Below, one piece after another: positions 18,831-27,508 of a stretch of DNA of 32,000 bases (position 1 is its first letter; each line of letters starts with the position of its first letter). The position numbers and the translations under genes are program-made. Below the pieces are notes generated by a model that did no database searches, was not told where the DNA came from, and saw nothing but the letters and a program-made list of their open reading frames with translations. This DNA is from Candidatus Nanopusillus acidilobi (GTDB lineage Archaea > Nanobdellota > Nanobdellia > Nanobdellales > Nanobdellaceae). Where the stretch lies: positions 120,001-152,000 of the forward strand of contig CP010514.1 of the NCBI GenBank assembly GCA_001552015.1. Direction: 5' to 3'.

Positions 18831-19511
18831 ATGGTATTAGATATATATAAAAGGGCATTTGAATATATGGGAAAAAATTTTGCAGATAGTATATTATTTG
18901 TTATTTCAGCAGCAGTGCTAGGGTTCTTATCTATAGCATTACCAATATTAGGAGCAATAATATATTCATACTTCTATCCAAATGTAGTAGCATGGTATTA
19001 TAAAAAAGTTACTGGAGAAAATATTAATCCAGATTATAAAACAGCATTTTTATCATTATTAATACCAAATCTATTAGCATCTATAGGAATGATATTTATT
19101 CTATATGGTATTACTTCAGTATCAGTTGGATCTTTAGCATCAGCTGGATATATGAATCTATTTGGATCAACAAGTTATCAATATGTATCATATAATCCAA
19201 CATTAATAATTGTTGAATGGGTAATTATATTAATATCAATATTATTGAGTATATTACTTCTATATACATTCTATGGATCCATATTAGGAAAAGTAAATAA
19301 ATTATCAATATATTTTAAAAAATCAATGATATTGTTAGCATATATACTATTATATTCAATAATTGCATTATTAGTATTGGCTATTATATATATAATATAT
19401 GCATTAGCAATTTCAATAAATTATGGAGCAATGATATTTACTATTTTATCAATAATATTTTTAGTGCCAACAGTAACATTAATAGCACTATTAAAGGCTC
19501 AGGAATTATAA
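18831..19511 (+). CDS. DUF4013-like membrane protein, copy 2 of a tandem pair
   Basis: KKVTGENINPDYKTAFLSLLIPNLLASIG and FYGSILGKVNKLS are shared with copy 1. Confidence 0.7.
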   Translation: MVLDIYKRAFEYMGKNFADSILFVISAAVLGFLSIALPILGAIIYSYFYPNVVAWYYKKVTGENINPDYKTAFLSLLIPNLLASIGMIFILYGITSVSVGSLASAGYMNLFGSTSYQYVSYNPTLIIVEWVIILISILLSILLLYTFYGSILGKVNKLSIYFKKSMILLAYILLYSIIALLVLAIIYIIYALAISINYGAMIFTILSIIFLVPTVTLIALLKAQEL

Positions 19512-19588
19512 TTTTTTGGATATTTTTAGTATAATAAAGTTGTTACCTATTAGTTATAATTAATTTTAATCAAAAATCGAAAACCTTT

Positions 19589-19600
19589 TAAATTCTATCA
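19589..19600 (+). promoter_or_regulatory. Putative BRE/TATA promoter of the S-layer gene, leaderless spacing
   Basis: CGAAAACCTTTAAATTCTATCATAATTAATTAAATCATGG: the TTTAAA core is about 26 nt upstream of ATG at 19615. Confidence 0.55.
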
Positions 19601-19614
19601 TAATTAATTAAATC

Positions 19615-22302
19615 ATGGAAAAAAGATATAAGGAAAAAAATCTATATAGATATTTTATGATGAGAGGTAAAACTTTGGCAGTTTTGGGAGCATTAGGAGT
19701 ATTGGGAGTAGCTATATATTCTCAAGGAGCACCAACAATAGGTCAATTAGCACAGTCTATGAAATCACAACCAACATCATGGACAGTAGTAGTAGGAGCA
19801 AATGCCAATGCAGCAGATGTTGTAGGGGCTTCAAACATAATTGCAGCTTTAGAAACATTTACAGTACCATCTACTCAAAATGTAACAGTTAGTGTAAGTT
19901 CAACAAGTACATCTCAAGTTCCATCTGGTGTATATCCATTTTACTCCTCACAAGCACCTCTTTACTTAGGTAGTAATATAAGTAGTGTATATCCAGTATT
20001 ACAAGTAGGATCAGGATCATTCCAAATAAGTGGACAAAGTTATACATACGAAGCATATGTACAACCAGCATCAGATCAAATAACATTTAATAACTTTGGA
20101 TCAGGTTCAAACTACATACCATCAGTAGGAGTAGTATCATCAAATGGTCAATTATTGAATTTAACAATATATTTCTCTCCAGCTATAAATGTAACATCCT
20201 TAACTACAAGTCCACAAGAAATAACAGTATTAGGTACATCATATTATCTATCATATAACAGTAATAATGGTTATATGTATTTGGTACCAGCTGCAAACAC
20301 ATTGACATTAAATGTTGGGCAATCAACAACAGTAGATGGATTAACAATTCAATTAGCTAATGTTGTAAAAAATCAACAAGGTACTTGGTATGCTGTATTA
20401 AATATTAATGGACAACAATATACAATACAAGTAGGTACATCACAAGTTATTGATGGAGTAAATGTATATGTAGCAAATGCATTTGCATCTGTTTTAACAT
20501 CCTCAAGTGTTAGTGCAGGTTATGCAACAATTGTTGTATCACAGGGTGGATATCAATTCTCATTAAGTTCTTCATCAACTGGAGCTAGTGTATATACATC
20601 TAGCGGTACTGCAGTTAATGGAGTAACTGTTACAACAAATTATAACTCTACAACGCAAACACTATCAGAATTACAATTTACATTTAGTTTAACATCTACA
20701 CAACCAAATGGACAATATGCATTATTAGCAGGACAGTCTTATCAATTACCAATATTTAGTGGATATGAATTATATGTTGCACCAGTTCAATTACCAACAG
20801 GTCCATTAGCATTACAATTAACTCCAAGTGGATCTAGTCAATATACATTACAATATGTTGATGCTGTAACTGGAAATACCGTATCAATACCTCTATATGT
20901 AAGTTCAAGCGGTGCTTTACAATTATTAACTACATCATCTCCAGGATTTGTAGGAACAATTACAAATAGTCAAAGTGCTGTACCAGGTGCATCTCAGTTA
21001 ACTTCAGTAAATGTATCACAAGGAGGATACTTTGCAGTAGTAGATGCAGATTTACAACAAACATATATATTCCAAGTACAATCAATAAGTACAACAACAA
21101 GTGGTGCATCTGCAACATTATATAATTATGTCACTGGACAAACTATAACAATATATAGTGGTGTACCATTTACAGTAGGATCAATAACATTAACACCTGC
21201 TATATCTTCATCTGGTGTAACACTTTCAGGTTCTGGATTGTATTATTCAAATACAGGTTTAACATTGTATGAAGGATATGATAATTATGTGTCATTAAGT
21301 TATTCAACTTCAAGTCCAGGTACATTGAATGTAACATTTGCTAAGAATTATGAACCTACAGGATGGTCTAATGAAATTATAGAAATACCATATAATACTT
21401 CAGGATTTAGCAGCTCTATAAGTATAGTACAACCAACTTTGACAGGTTATTCTGTAGGTGGAAGCTTATTAGGAAATGTAAGTATATCATCAGCGGGTAC
21501 AGCAACTCTAAATGAAACATTATCAGGATCTCCATCAAACGTAACTGCAACAGTATATGTAAATGGGTCATCTACATCCAGTGGAACTCTACAAGGATCC
21601 ATAACTGAAACACCAGTAATTACTCCAGAACAAGTTAGCTTAGTAACAACTGGAAGTAATACATATGCATACTTAGATAAAAATGGTGTATACTTAGTAG
21701 AAACTACATCATCTTCATCTAATCCAACAGTACAATTATATGCACCATCACAACCATTAACATTTAATGTAGGATTAGCACCATCAGGATACACACCATC
21801 AACAACATCTACATCAACAACTCAAACAGTAACAGTATCAGTACCAACTCCAACATCATTAATTGGAAAGGTAATATTAGATACACAAGTAACACCATCA
21901 ATGAGTGATTTAATATTAGTAGGAGGTCCAGCAGTAAATACATTAACAGCACAGGCAGTAATACAATATGTATCAAGCATGAATGCAACATTGGGTCAAG
22001 AATTACAATCATACGCAAATAGTCAAAATGGATATATATATGGTTCAGAATTAGCACCAGTATTACAACAATTAGGTATACCATTTGGACCAGGTATGGC
22101 ATTAATAATGTCATCAACACTATATCCAAACACATTAGTAATATTTGGATGGTACGGAAATGATACAACACAAGCAACAGAATTATTCGCAAACTACTTA
22201 GTAAATAATGTAGATGCAAGCGTATTCAATAATGCAACAGTAGTAGAAGTAAACGATCAACAAACAGTAAACGGATATCCAGCAGCAACACAAATACAGT
22301 AA
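19615..22302 (+). CDS. Major S-layer-like surface protein
   Basis: 895 aa. Signal-like N-terminus (LAVLGALGVLGVAIYSQGAPTIGQLAQSM), SWTVVVGANANAADVVGASNIIAALE, C-terminal LVGGPAVNTLTAQAV...TLVIFGWYGNDTTQATELFANYL, as in Methanococcales-type S-layer proteins. Strong TATA-like promoter. Confidence 0.85.
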   Translation: MEKRYKEKNLYRYFMMRGKTLAVLGALGVLGVAIYSQGAPTIGQLAQSMKSQPTSWTVVVGANANAADVVGASNIIAALETFTVPSTQNVTVSVSSTSTSQVPSGVYPFYSSQAPLYLGSNISSVYPVLQVGSGSFQISGQSYTYEAYVQPASDQITFNNFGSGSNYIPSVGVVSSNGQLLNLTIYFSPAINVTSLTTSPQEITVLGTSYYLSYNSNNGYMYLVPAANTLTLNVGQSTTVDGLTIQLANVVKNQQGTWYAVLNINGQQYTIQVGTSQVIDGVNVYVANAFASVLTSSSVSAGYATIVVSQGGYQFSLSSSSTGASVYTSSGTAVNGVTVTTNYNSTTQTLSELQFTFSLTSTQPNGQYALLAGQSYQLPIFSGYELYVAPVQLPTGPLALQLTPSGSSQYTLQYVDAVTGNTVSIPLYVSSSGALQLLTTSSPGFVGTITNSQSAVPGASQLTSVNVSQGGYFAVVDADLQQTYIFQVQSISTTTSGASATLYNYVTGQTITIYSGVPFTVGSITLTPAISSSGVTLSGSGLYYSNTGLTLYEGYDNYVSLSYSTSSPGTLNVTFAKNYEPTGWSNEIIEIPYNTSGFSSSISIVQPTLTGYSVGGSLLGNVSISSAGTATLNETLSGSPSNVTATVYVNGSSTSSGTLQGSITETPVITPEQVSLVTTGSNTYAYLDKNGVYLVETTSSSSNPTVQLYAPSQPLTFNVGLAPSGYTPSTTSTSTTQTVTVSVPTPTSLIGKVILDTQVTPSMSDLILVGGPAVNTLTAQAVIQYVSSMNATLGQELQSYANSQNGYIYGSELAPVLQQLGIPFGPGMALIMSSTLYPNTLVIFGWYGNDTTQATELFANYLVNNVDASVFNNATVVEVNDQQTVNGYPAATQIQ

Positions 22303-22349
22303 AAGCTTTTTCTTAAACTTTTTATTTTTCAAAATTTTATATCTTATTT

Positions 22350-22460
22350 ATGGATGAGGATATAAAAGAAGCTGTTAAAGATCTTATAATTATGATCATT
22401 TCAATAGGGTTAGTAATTTTTTGCATATTGGTTATCACTTTTATAAATATTATCTTATAA
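22350..22460 (+). CDS. Candidate small single-pass membrane protein (36 aa)
   Basis: MDEDIKEAVKDLIIMIISIGLVIFCILVITFINIIL then TAA: charged head plus a ~24-residue hydrophobic helix. Sits in the gap between the S-layer gene and rrp42 and is absent from the ORF track. Confidence 0.45.
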   Translation: MDEDIKEAVKDLIIMIISIGLVIFCILVITFINIIL

Positions 22461-22471
22461 ATCATTTATAA

Positions 22472-23263
22472 ATGGATATTGATTTTGAGGAGAATATTAC
22501 AGATTATATTAGAAAAATTATAAAAGAAAATTATAGGATTGATAAAAGGGGATTGTTAGAATATAGAGATATAAAAATAATAAAAAATTATGTAAAGAAT
22601 GCAGAAGGGTCTTGTTATTTAGAACTTGGAAAAACAAAAGTATTAGCAGGAGTAAAATTGGAAATAGCAGAACCATTTCAGGATAATGAAGATTCAGGTA
22701 TTCTAGTAACAACAGTAAATTTATCTCCAGTTTCTGATATTAATGTTGATATAGGACCTTCAGAAGAATCTATAGAATATTCAAGAGTTGTAGATAGAGT
22801 ATTGAGAGAATCTAGATTTATCAATGATAAAGAATTGGTAATAGAACCTGGAAAATATGTTTGGTCTGTACTATTAGATATATATGTATTAAATAATGAT
22901 GGAAATATAATTGATGCGTCAACTTTAGCATCTGTATGTGCATTAATGAATACATATTTTCCAGAATTAATTAAAGAAAATGGTGAATATAAAATAAATC
23001 CAAAAAATAAGACAAATAAAAAATTACCATTAAATAAAAATATTCCAGTAATGGTTTCATTTGCAAAAATTGATGATAAATTTGTTGTAGATCCAAATAA
23101 ATATGAAGAGGAAGCTGCAGATATGATTATACATATTGGATTATCAGATAAAATAAATGCATTACAAACAAGAAAATCAGGTCCCATATCTTTAGAAGAA
23201 TTTAATAATTTATTATCAGAGGCAGAAAAGTTTAAAGATTATTTATTAAAGAAAATACAATGA
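22472..23263 (+). CDS. rrp42: Exosome complex component Rrp42
   Basis: RIDKRGLLEYRDIKI, GSCYLELGKTKVLAGVKLEIAEPF, PSEESIEYSRVVDRVLRESRFINDKELVIEPGKYVWSVLLDIYVLNNDGNIIDASTLA: RNase PH domain, Rrp42 type. Confidence 0.93.
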   Translation: MDIDFEENITDYIRKIIKENYRIDKRGLLEYRDIKIIKNYVKNAEGSCYLELGKTKVLAGVKLEIAEPFQDNEDSGILVTTVNLSPVSDINVDIGPSEESIEYSRVVDRVLRESRFINDKELVIEPGKYVWSVLLDIYVLNNDGNIIDASTLASVCALMNTYFPELIKENGEYKINPKNKTNKKLPLNKNIPVMVSFAKIDDKFVVDPNKYEEEAADMIIHIGLSDKINALQTRKSGPISLEEFNNLLSEAEKFKDYLLKKIQ

Positions 23264-23460
23264 ATGATATTTCTAAGTTTGCTTTAGCTAGATTAATTGG
23301 TGCAAGGGCATTACAAATTGCAATGGGGGCTCCAATGATGGTAAAATTATCTAAAGAGGATTTGGAAAGAATAAGATATAATCCTGTAAAAATTGCAGAA
23401 ATAGAATATGAAAAAGGTGTTTTACCATTAAAGGCAGTTTTTAAGAAAATTAATCCTTAA
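23260..23460 (+). CDS. rpoK: DNA-directed RNA polymerase subunit K (Rpb6/omega homolog)
   Basis: SKFALARLIGARALQIAMGAPMMV...PVKIAEIEYEKGVLPLKAVFK. 4-bp ATGA overlap with rrp42. Confidence 0.92.
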   Translation: MNDISKFALARLIGARALQIAMGAPMMVKLSKEDLERIRYNPVKIAEIEYEKGVLPLKAVFKKINP

Positions 23461-23926
23461 TATCATATACCTCATATTCCATAATTTTAAGTAAATCTTT
23501 TTTTGAAATTTTTAATAAATGATAATGTGATCCTCCCCCACAATATATTATTTGGTCATTATCTAATTCTATTATACTTTTATCAACAATTGTTTTTATC
23601 TTTTGTTTTAAACCTACAGGTGGGACAGAACCAATATCATATCCAGTAATTTCCTTTACTTCTTTTGCTTTTGCTAATCTTACTTCATTGCAATTAAAAT
23701 ATTTCTTTATTTTATTTAAATCAATCTTATCTTTTCCTAATAAAAAGCATAATAAAGGTTTTTTATCACAAATTAATAGAATACTCTTTGCAATAATTCC
23801 ATTAACCTGTTGTTCAGCATATTTTGAAGAAATAACTGGTTTTTCATATTTAATAATTTGAAATGTTATACCTAATTTATTCAAATAATTTTCTAAATAT
23901 TTTTCATCTAATAATTTTTCTTTCAT
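23450..23926 (-). CDS. YbaK/ProX-family aminoacyl-tRNA deacylase-like protein
   Basis: AKSILLICDKKPLLCFLLGKDKIDLNKIKKYF...RLAKAKEVKEITGYDIGSVPPVGLKQKIKTIVDKSI...YCGGGSHYHLLKISKKDLLKI. Confidence 0.85.
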   Translation of the reverse strand: MKEKLLDEKYLENYLNKLGITFQIIKYEKPVISSKYAEQQVNGIIAKSILLICDKKPLLCFLLGKDKIDLNKIKKYFNCNEVRLAKAKEVKEITGYDIGSVPPVGLKQKIKTIVDKSIIELDNDQIIYCGGGSHYHLLKISKKDLLKIMEYEVYDIKD

Positions 23927-24013
23927 AATTTAAATTAAAAATAAGATATTAATTTATATTTTTGTCTTAAATATAGTTTTTCTATTAATCCTGATATTTT
24001 ATTAAGAAATATT

Positions 24014-24086
24014 GGGGACCGCGGGGATTCGAACCCCGGACCTCCGCCTAGTCAGGGCGGCATCATGACCCCTAGACTACGGTCCC
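24014..24086 (-). tRNA. tRNA, anticodon GAC by folding (Val, tentative)
   Basis: Minus strand GGGACCG TA GTCTAGGGGTCATGAT G CCGCC CTGACTA GGCGG AGGTC CGGGG TTCGAAT CCCCG CGGTCCC C. Perfect acceptor, anticodon and T stems; 73 nt; no encoded CCA. Confidence 0.93.
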
Positions 24087-24458
24087 TTATATATTCTTTA
24101 TTTCTTTTATTGATTTTATTGTATTTTCAATATATCTTCTTATTCTTTTTCTTCTATTAATTATTTTTTTAAATATAGATTCAGCATTTCTTAAGCTTTT
24201 TCTATAGATCTTCATATACTTCTTCAATGTTTTATCATAATTACTATTGTAATATGTGCTTGTATTTCCAGCAAATGAATTTAAATATTTATATAAGGCA
24301 TCTTCATATGCAAACATATTTGTATATTCTTTATTAAATCTTTTTATATCTCTATTATCTTTTATTTTTAATTGATAAATATTTTTTAAATTTTTAACAA
24401 TTTCCTCATATATTTTTTCCAATTCTGGTGAAATATTTCTATTTTCATTCTTTTCCAT
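24087..24458 (-). CDS. Small basic hypothetical protein directly upstream of the tRNA
   Basis: 123 aa Lys/Arg-rich helical protein; its stop codon abuts tRNA position 1. Confidence 0.55.
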   Translation of the reverse strand: MEKNENRNISPELEKIYEEIVKNLKNIYQLKIKDNRDIKRFNKEYTNMFAYEDALYKYLNSFAGNTSTYYNSNYDKTLKKYMKIYRKSLRNAESIFKKIINRRKRIRRYIENTIKSIKEIKNI

Positions 24459-24489
24459 AATTATATAAAAATCTTGGTACTATATAAAT

Positions 24490-24759
24490 TTATCTTATTA
24501 TTCTAAAATCCTGATAGTTACTAATTTCTATATTTATTATATCAATTTTATCAACTCTAGCCCTTTCAGGTCCTTTTTTACATAATTCAATCATCTTATT
24601 TATATTATCTTCATCCCCCTCAAAAACAGCTTCTACAGTTCCATCAGGATTATTTTTTACATATCCTTTAATATTTAATTTCTTAGCATGTAAAAATACA
24701 AAATTCCTAAACCCAACACCTTGAACTTTTCCATATATAATTACCTTCACAGCTTTCAT
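24490..24759 (-). CDS. acyP: Acylphosphatase
   Basis: KVIIYGKVQGVGFRNFVFLHAKKLNIKGYVKNNPDGTVEAVFEGD. Confidence 0.95.
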   Translation of the reverse strand: MKAVKVIIYGKVQGVGFRNFVFLHAKKLNIKGYVKNNPDGTVEAVFEGDEDNINKMIELCKKGPERARVDKIDIINIEISNYQDFRIIR

Positions 24760-24812
24760 TCCTTATCATTTATAAATATTTTTAAATATTTAATATTCAA
24801 TGGAAAGCCGGA

Positions 24813-26165
24813 ATGAGTGAATTTATGATGAAAACTGTATTTATAAAAGATATTTTGAGAGAAGATTTTTTGGGTAAGGAGGTTGATATAAAAGGGTGGG
24901 TTTATAGAATGAGGGATATGAAGGATAAGATTTTCTTTGTAATAAGAGATTCTTCAGGAATAATACAAGCAGTTGTAAAAAAAGATAGTGTTGATCAAAA
25001 AACATGGGAAGATGCAACAAAATTCCAAATTGAAGGTTCTTTAGAAGTAAAGGGAATATTAAGAAAGGATGAAAGGGCACCTGGAGGATATGAAATAGAA
25101 GTAAAGGAAATAAAAGTATATGACTATGGAAAACCATTTCCATTAAAGGGAGATGAAGATGTAGATACAATACAAAAGTACAGACATCTATGGATAAGGA
25201 CAAGATGGTTTGCAGATGTATTAAAGATAAAGCATAGTTTAATTGTAAATGTAAGGGACTGGTTTATAAAGGATGGATGGTATGAAGTAACTCCAGCAAT
25301 ATTGGTTGGAAACGCTGCAGAAAACACTACAGAATTATTTGAAGTAAAATATTTTGAAGATAAGGCATATTTATCGCAATCAGCGCAATTATATTTAGAA
25401 GCATTAATATTTTCATTGGAAAAAGTTTATTCATTAACACCATCATTTAGAGCAGAGCTATCTAGAACAAAGAGGCATTTACATGAATATTGGCATTTTG
25501 AAATTGAAGCTGCATGGTATCATATGGAAGATATTATGAAAGTTATGGAAGAATCATTAAAATATGCAATTGAAAAAACAATTGAGGAAAGAAAATCTGA
25601 ATTTGAAGAATTAAAAAGTATAACAGGAAGAGATATAAGTGAATTAAAACAATTTGTTGAAAAACCATGGAAAATTATTACATATAAAGATGCAATAAAG
25701 AAATTGCAAGATCTTGGTGTTAATATAAAATATGGAGATGATCTAGGATCTGATGAGGAAAGATTATTAACAGAGCAATTTGATGTACCAATATTTGTTA
25801 CATATTATCCAAGAGAAGTAAAAGCATTCTATATGTATGAAGTTGGGGATGGAACAGTAAAAAACTTTGATTTACTTGCTCCAGAAGGATATGGAGAAAT
25901 AATTGGTGGATCTGAAAGAGAATGGAGATATGATATATTGCATAAAAAGATTGAAGAATGGGGATTAGATAAACTAAAAGTTAAGGTTGGAAATGAAGAA
26001 ATAAGTGCATATGAATGGTATGAAGATTTAAGAAGATATGGATCTGTTCCGCATTCTGGAATGGGATTGGGTATTGAAAGATTCTTAAGATGGGTATGTA
26101 AACTAGATCATATTAGAGATACACAACCATTCCCAAGATTGAGGGGTAGCTGGCTATATCCATAA
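24813..26165 (+). CDS. asnS: Asparaginyl-tRNA synthetase (archaeal type)
   Basis: GWVYRMRDMKDKIFFVIRDSSGIIQAVV, DERAPGGYEI, YRHLWIRT, YLSQSAQLYLEALIFSLEKVYSLTPSFRAE, GDDLGSDEERLLTEQF, RRYGSVPHSGMGLGIERFLRWVCKLDHIRDTQPFPR. Confidence 0.9.
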   Translation: MSEFMMKTVFIKDILREDFLGKEVDIKGWVYRMRDMKDKIFFVIRDSSGIIQAVVKKDSVDQKTWEDATKFQIEGSLEVKGILRKDERAPGGYEIEVKEIKVYDYGKPFPLKGDEDVDTIQKYRHLWIRTRWFADVLKIKHSLIVNVRDWFIKDGWYEVTPAILVGNAAENTTELFEVKYFEDKAYLSQSAQLYLEALIFSLEKVYSLTPSFRAELSRTKRHLHEYWHFEIEAAWYHMEDIMKVMEESLKYAIEKTIEERKSEFEELKSITGRDISELKQFVEKPWKIITYKDAIKKLQDLGVNIKYGDDLGSDEERLLTEQFDVPIFVTYYPREVKAFYMYEVGDGTVKNFDLLAPEGYGEIIGGSEREWRYDILHKKIEEWGLDKLKVKVGNEEISAYEWYEDLRRYGSVPHSGMGLGIERFLRWVCKLDHIRDTQPFPRLRGSWLYP

Positions 26166-26170
26166 TTTTT

Positions 26171-26602
26171 TTATCTATATATTGTTTTTATTCCCATAAG
26201 TTCTAATATTGAATTTTGATGATTTTTTGCAAAACCTTCAGCATGTTTTATTATTTTTCCATAAGCTTTTTCATGAAAGTCTATTCCCCATACAACAATT
26301 ATATGCGTGCTATTAAATATAGAAAATATAATCCTTATATCTCTATTTAATCTATCTGAAAATAGTGGAATTAATAAATTTCCTATTTTTATTGGTTTAC
26401 CTAATCTTTCTATTTTTCCTCTAAGTTCTTTAAGAGATTCAAATCTATCAAAAATTATTTTATATTGATTATTTAATTCTTTTTTAAGATCTTTTGTCCA
26501 TTCTTCCAAAAATTTTATATTATTTTTAATTTTTTCATAATTTACCAAATTATTACCAAATAATATAAAAATACTATATGTTCTACTAATCAATATTGCC
26601 AT
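26171..26602 (-). CDS. Hypothetical protein, weak RelE/ParE-like resemblance
   Basis: FLEEWTKDLKKELNNQYKIIFDRFESL...DIRIIFSIFNSTHIIVVWGIDFHEKAYGKIIKHAEGFAKN has the order of a RelE/HigB-type toxin (basic helix, RIIF.i, I..W.i..H.KAY). Confidence 0.4.
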   Translation of the reverse strand: MAILISRTYSIFILFGNNLVNYEKIKNNIKFLEEWTKDLKKELNNQYKIIFDRFESLKELRGKIERLGKPIKIGNLLIPLFSDRLNRDIRIIFSIFNSTHIIVVWGIDFHEKAYGKIIKHAEGFAKNHQNSILELMGIKTIYR

Positions 26603-26676
26603 ATTAAAATAATGTTTTTACGAATTTTTTAATATTATAAAGATCATTTAAATTCTTTTTATATCCATTATAATTT

Positions 26677-27417
26677 ATGAGTGAATTAAAACAACTTAGA
26701 TTGGAAGATATGATTGAACTTTTAGCTAGCAAAGACATTAATGGTAAAGCTAGGAAATTAGCTTGGAGTATGACTGATTTTTTAGAGTATCTATGGAATC
26801 AACGTCTTCCAACAAAATATCTTATAATAAAAATAGATATAAAATATATAGAAGTTCTAAAAAAAGGGACATATGGACACGTAATATATAATGGAGAAGC
26901 CAAAGTTGTTAAACCATCAAAAATGTATGAATTTAAGTATGAAAGGAATTGTAAATCATGTCTTGAAACTTTATATGATAGCGAATATAATAGTATGGAT
27001 AATAATTACTCTTTTGATGTTAATAAGATAAAGGGATTAAAAATAGATCTTCTTAAAATGGAGAGTATAGCAAGAATTGTGGAAAGAAGTATGATTCGTT
27101 TATATAGCGCAATTACACACTTTCGTTTGGATCATTCAGAAAAATATTCAGAAGTATTTGGATATATTGAAATAAAAAGATTTAACTATGGAAAAATACG
27201 CGGGGAAATTAAAAATACGAAATTTAGTAGATCTTATATACGGGATGAATATAAAAATATAGTAGGCTATAAAATTTCTACTCCAGAAAATGAAATAAAT
27301 AAATATAATAGAAATAATGAAGATGAATTATATTATCCAAGAAGTTATAAATTTGAATTTGCAGTTTGTAAAGATATAAGTTATATAAATCTCTGTAATT
27401 TTTCTAGATTTTTTTAA
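26677..27417 (+). CDS. Paralog array member 1, unknown family
   Basis: KMYEFKYERNCKSCLETLYDSEYNSMDNNY and a C-terminal LYYPRSYKFEF share the pattern of the following three ORFs. Confidence 0.7.
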   Translation: MSELKQLRLEDMIELLASKDINGKARKLAWSMTDFLEYLWNQRLPTKYLIIKIDIKYIEVLKKGTYGHVIYNGEAKVVKPSKMYEFKYERNCKSCLETLYDSEYNSMDNNYSFDVNKIKGLKIDLLKMESIARIVERSMIRLYSAITHFRLDHSEKYSEVFGYIEIKRFNYGKIRGEIKNTKFSRSYIRDEYKNIVGYKISTPENEINKYNRNNEDELYYPRSYKFEFAVCKDISYINLCNFSRFF

Positions 27418-27470
27418 TCTTTCATTAATTTTCTCTAATATATTTTCCTATTCTTCTATATGAGAAAAAT

Positions 27471-27508
27471 ATTTAAATGTTTCTATAATTATTATACTCT
27501 ATGAGTGA
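27471..27508 (+). promoter_or_regulatory. Conserved promoter/start block of the paralog array (copies also at 26646, 28224 and 28985)
   Basis: ATTTAAATGTTTCTATAATTATTATACTCTATGAGTGA (27471) against ATTTAAATATTTCTATAATTATTATACTTTATGAGTGA (28224) and ATATAAATGTTTCTATAATTATTATAATCTATGAGTGA (28985). The box is exactly 30 nt before ATG in these three and 31 nt in the looser copy at 26646. Confidence 0.7.

Noticed and set aside
19889-22219. Minus-strand ORFs opposite the S-layer gene (19889-20086, 21447-21794, 21809-22219)
   Set aside because: Artefacts of low stop-codon density in the antisense of a Thr/Ser/Val-rich gene; no start context or recognisable protein.
22678-23187. Minus-strand 169-aa ORF opposite rrp42
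   Set aside because: Long, but directly antisense to a strongly recognisable Rrp42.
24841-25327. Minus-strand ORFs opposite asnS
   Set aside because: Antisense of conserved AsnRS motifs; no independent support.
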